Part shown: one piece after another, positions 63,735-64,000 of the stretch
Position numbering within the stretch: the stretch's first letter is position 1
How the letters are laid out: each line of letters opens with the position of its first letter
Sequence record: MH252123.1
DNA: 64,000 nucleotides
Reading direction: 5' to 3' (one strand)
Origin: Klebsiella phage ZCKP1
Notes under the pieces: model-generated
The model's input: the letters and a program-made list of their open reading frames with translations, nothing else
Databases searched by the model: none
Told to the model about the DNA's origin: nothing
Translations under genes and position numbers: made by a program

Positions 63735-64000
63735 ATGGCTATTAATATTAATGTTTCCTCTTATGCTACCCTGGCTAACACGGCTAAAATTGAATTATCC
63801 AGCATTGAGGCGGTGCATATTAGCGCCCGTCGCTGGTTCCAACAGTCCTACGGTAATACATATTTTTCTTTAATGGTTGACGTTGAGATCGGCGGTAAAC
63901 TGATCGAGGTGGTTAACGTTCCGTTTCAATATGGCTATGGTGATCATTTTGATACCGTCGCCCTGGAAGAGTTTAGCAAGGTTATCAACCTGGAGGGCAA
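63735..64000 (+). CDS. early small protein (3' end truncated by the window)
   Basis: ATG with RBS AAAAAGG. The frame is open to the window end. Confidence 0.4.
   Translation, partial: MAININVSSYATLANTAKIELSSIEAVHISARRWFQQSYGNTYFSLMVDVEIGGKLIEVVNVPFQYGYGDHFDTVALEEFSKVINLEG

Noticed and set aside
1-64000. Prophage or temperate element
   Set aside because: No integrase, repressor or att-like features were seen. The gene content (own polymerase, primase-helicase, RNR, many tail fibres) fits a virulent phage.

Overview
This window reads as a contiguous piece of a large virulent tailed phage of enterobacteria. The evidence is sigma70-type TTGACA promoters, E. coli-like Shine-Dalgarno sequences, about 40% GC and no rRNA or tRNA.

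Positions 139-17676 on the + strand form a late structural module with at least six tail fibre or tailspike genes, one of them collagen-like and one with an N-terminal Calx-beta-like domain. It also holds a P2-like J/I/H/G baseplate-fibre-Tfa block and several rho-independent terminators.

Positions 17.7-53.9 kb are transcribed on the - strand and carry replication and nucleotide-metabolism genes:
- an SSB-like protein
- a family A DNA polymerase interrupted by a probable intein
- a T7 gp4-like primase-helicase
- a Dda-like helicase
- NrdD and NrdG
- a DNA N6-adenine methyltransferase
- four glycosyltransferases

The same span holds a striking cluster of Ter-type genes (TerD, a vWA TerY-like protein, TelA-like, TerC) beside a phosphoribosyltransferase, a HAD hydrolase and a macro domain protein.

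Positions 53.9-60.2 kb switch back to the + strand with small genes, an AAA+ ATPase, a tandem Cys-rich repeat protein and a NADAR domain protein.

A roughly 1.3 kb non-coding hub at 60.2-61.5 kb contains AT-rich direct repeats, a fourfold array of Fur-box-like palindromic operators, a GC-rich island and divergent promoters. After it comes an early-type region of small genes. Each is preceded by a near-identical module of strong promoter plus 5' stem-loop, and one more copy of that module drives terC.

No CRISPR array or integrase was seen. Apart from the intein boundaries, the HNH start and the early-promoter elements, which were checked against the numbered lines, coordinates of non-coding elements (terminators, repeats, most promoters) were counted by eye and are approximate to a few bp. 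Gene-family assignments come from motif recognition without database searches.
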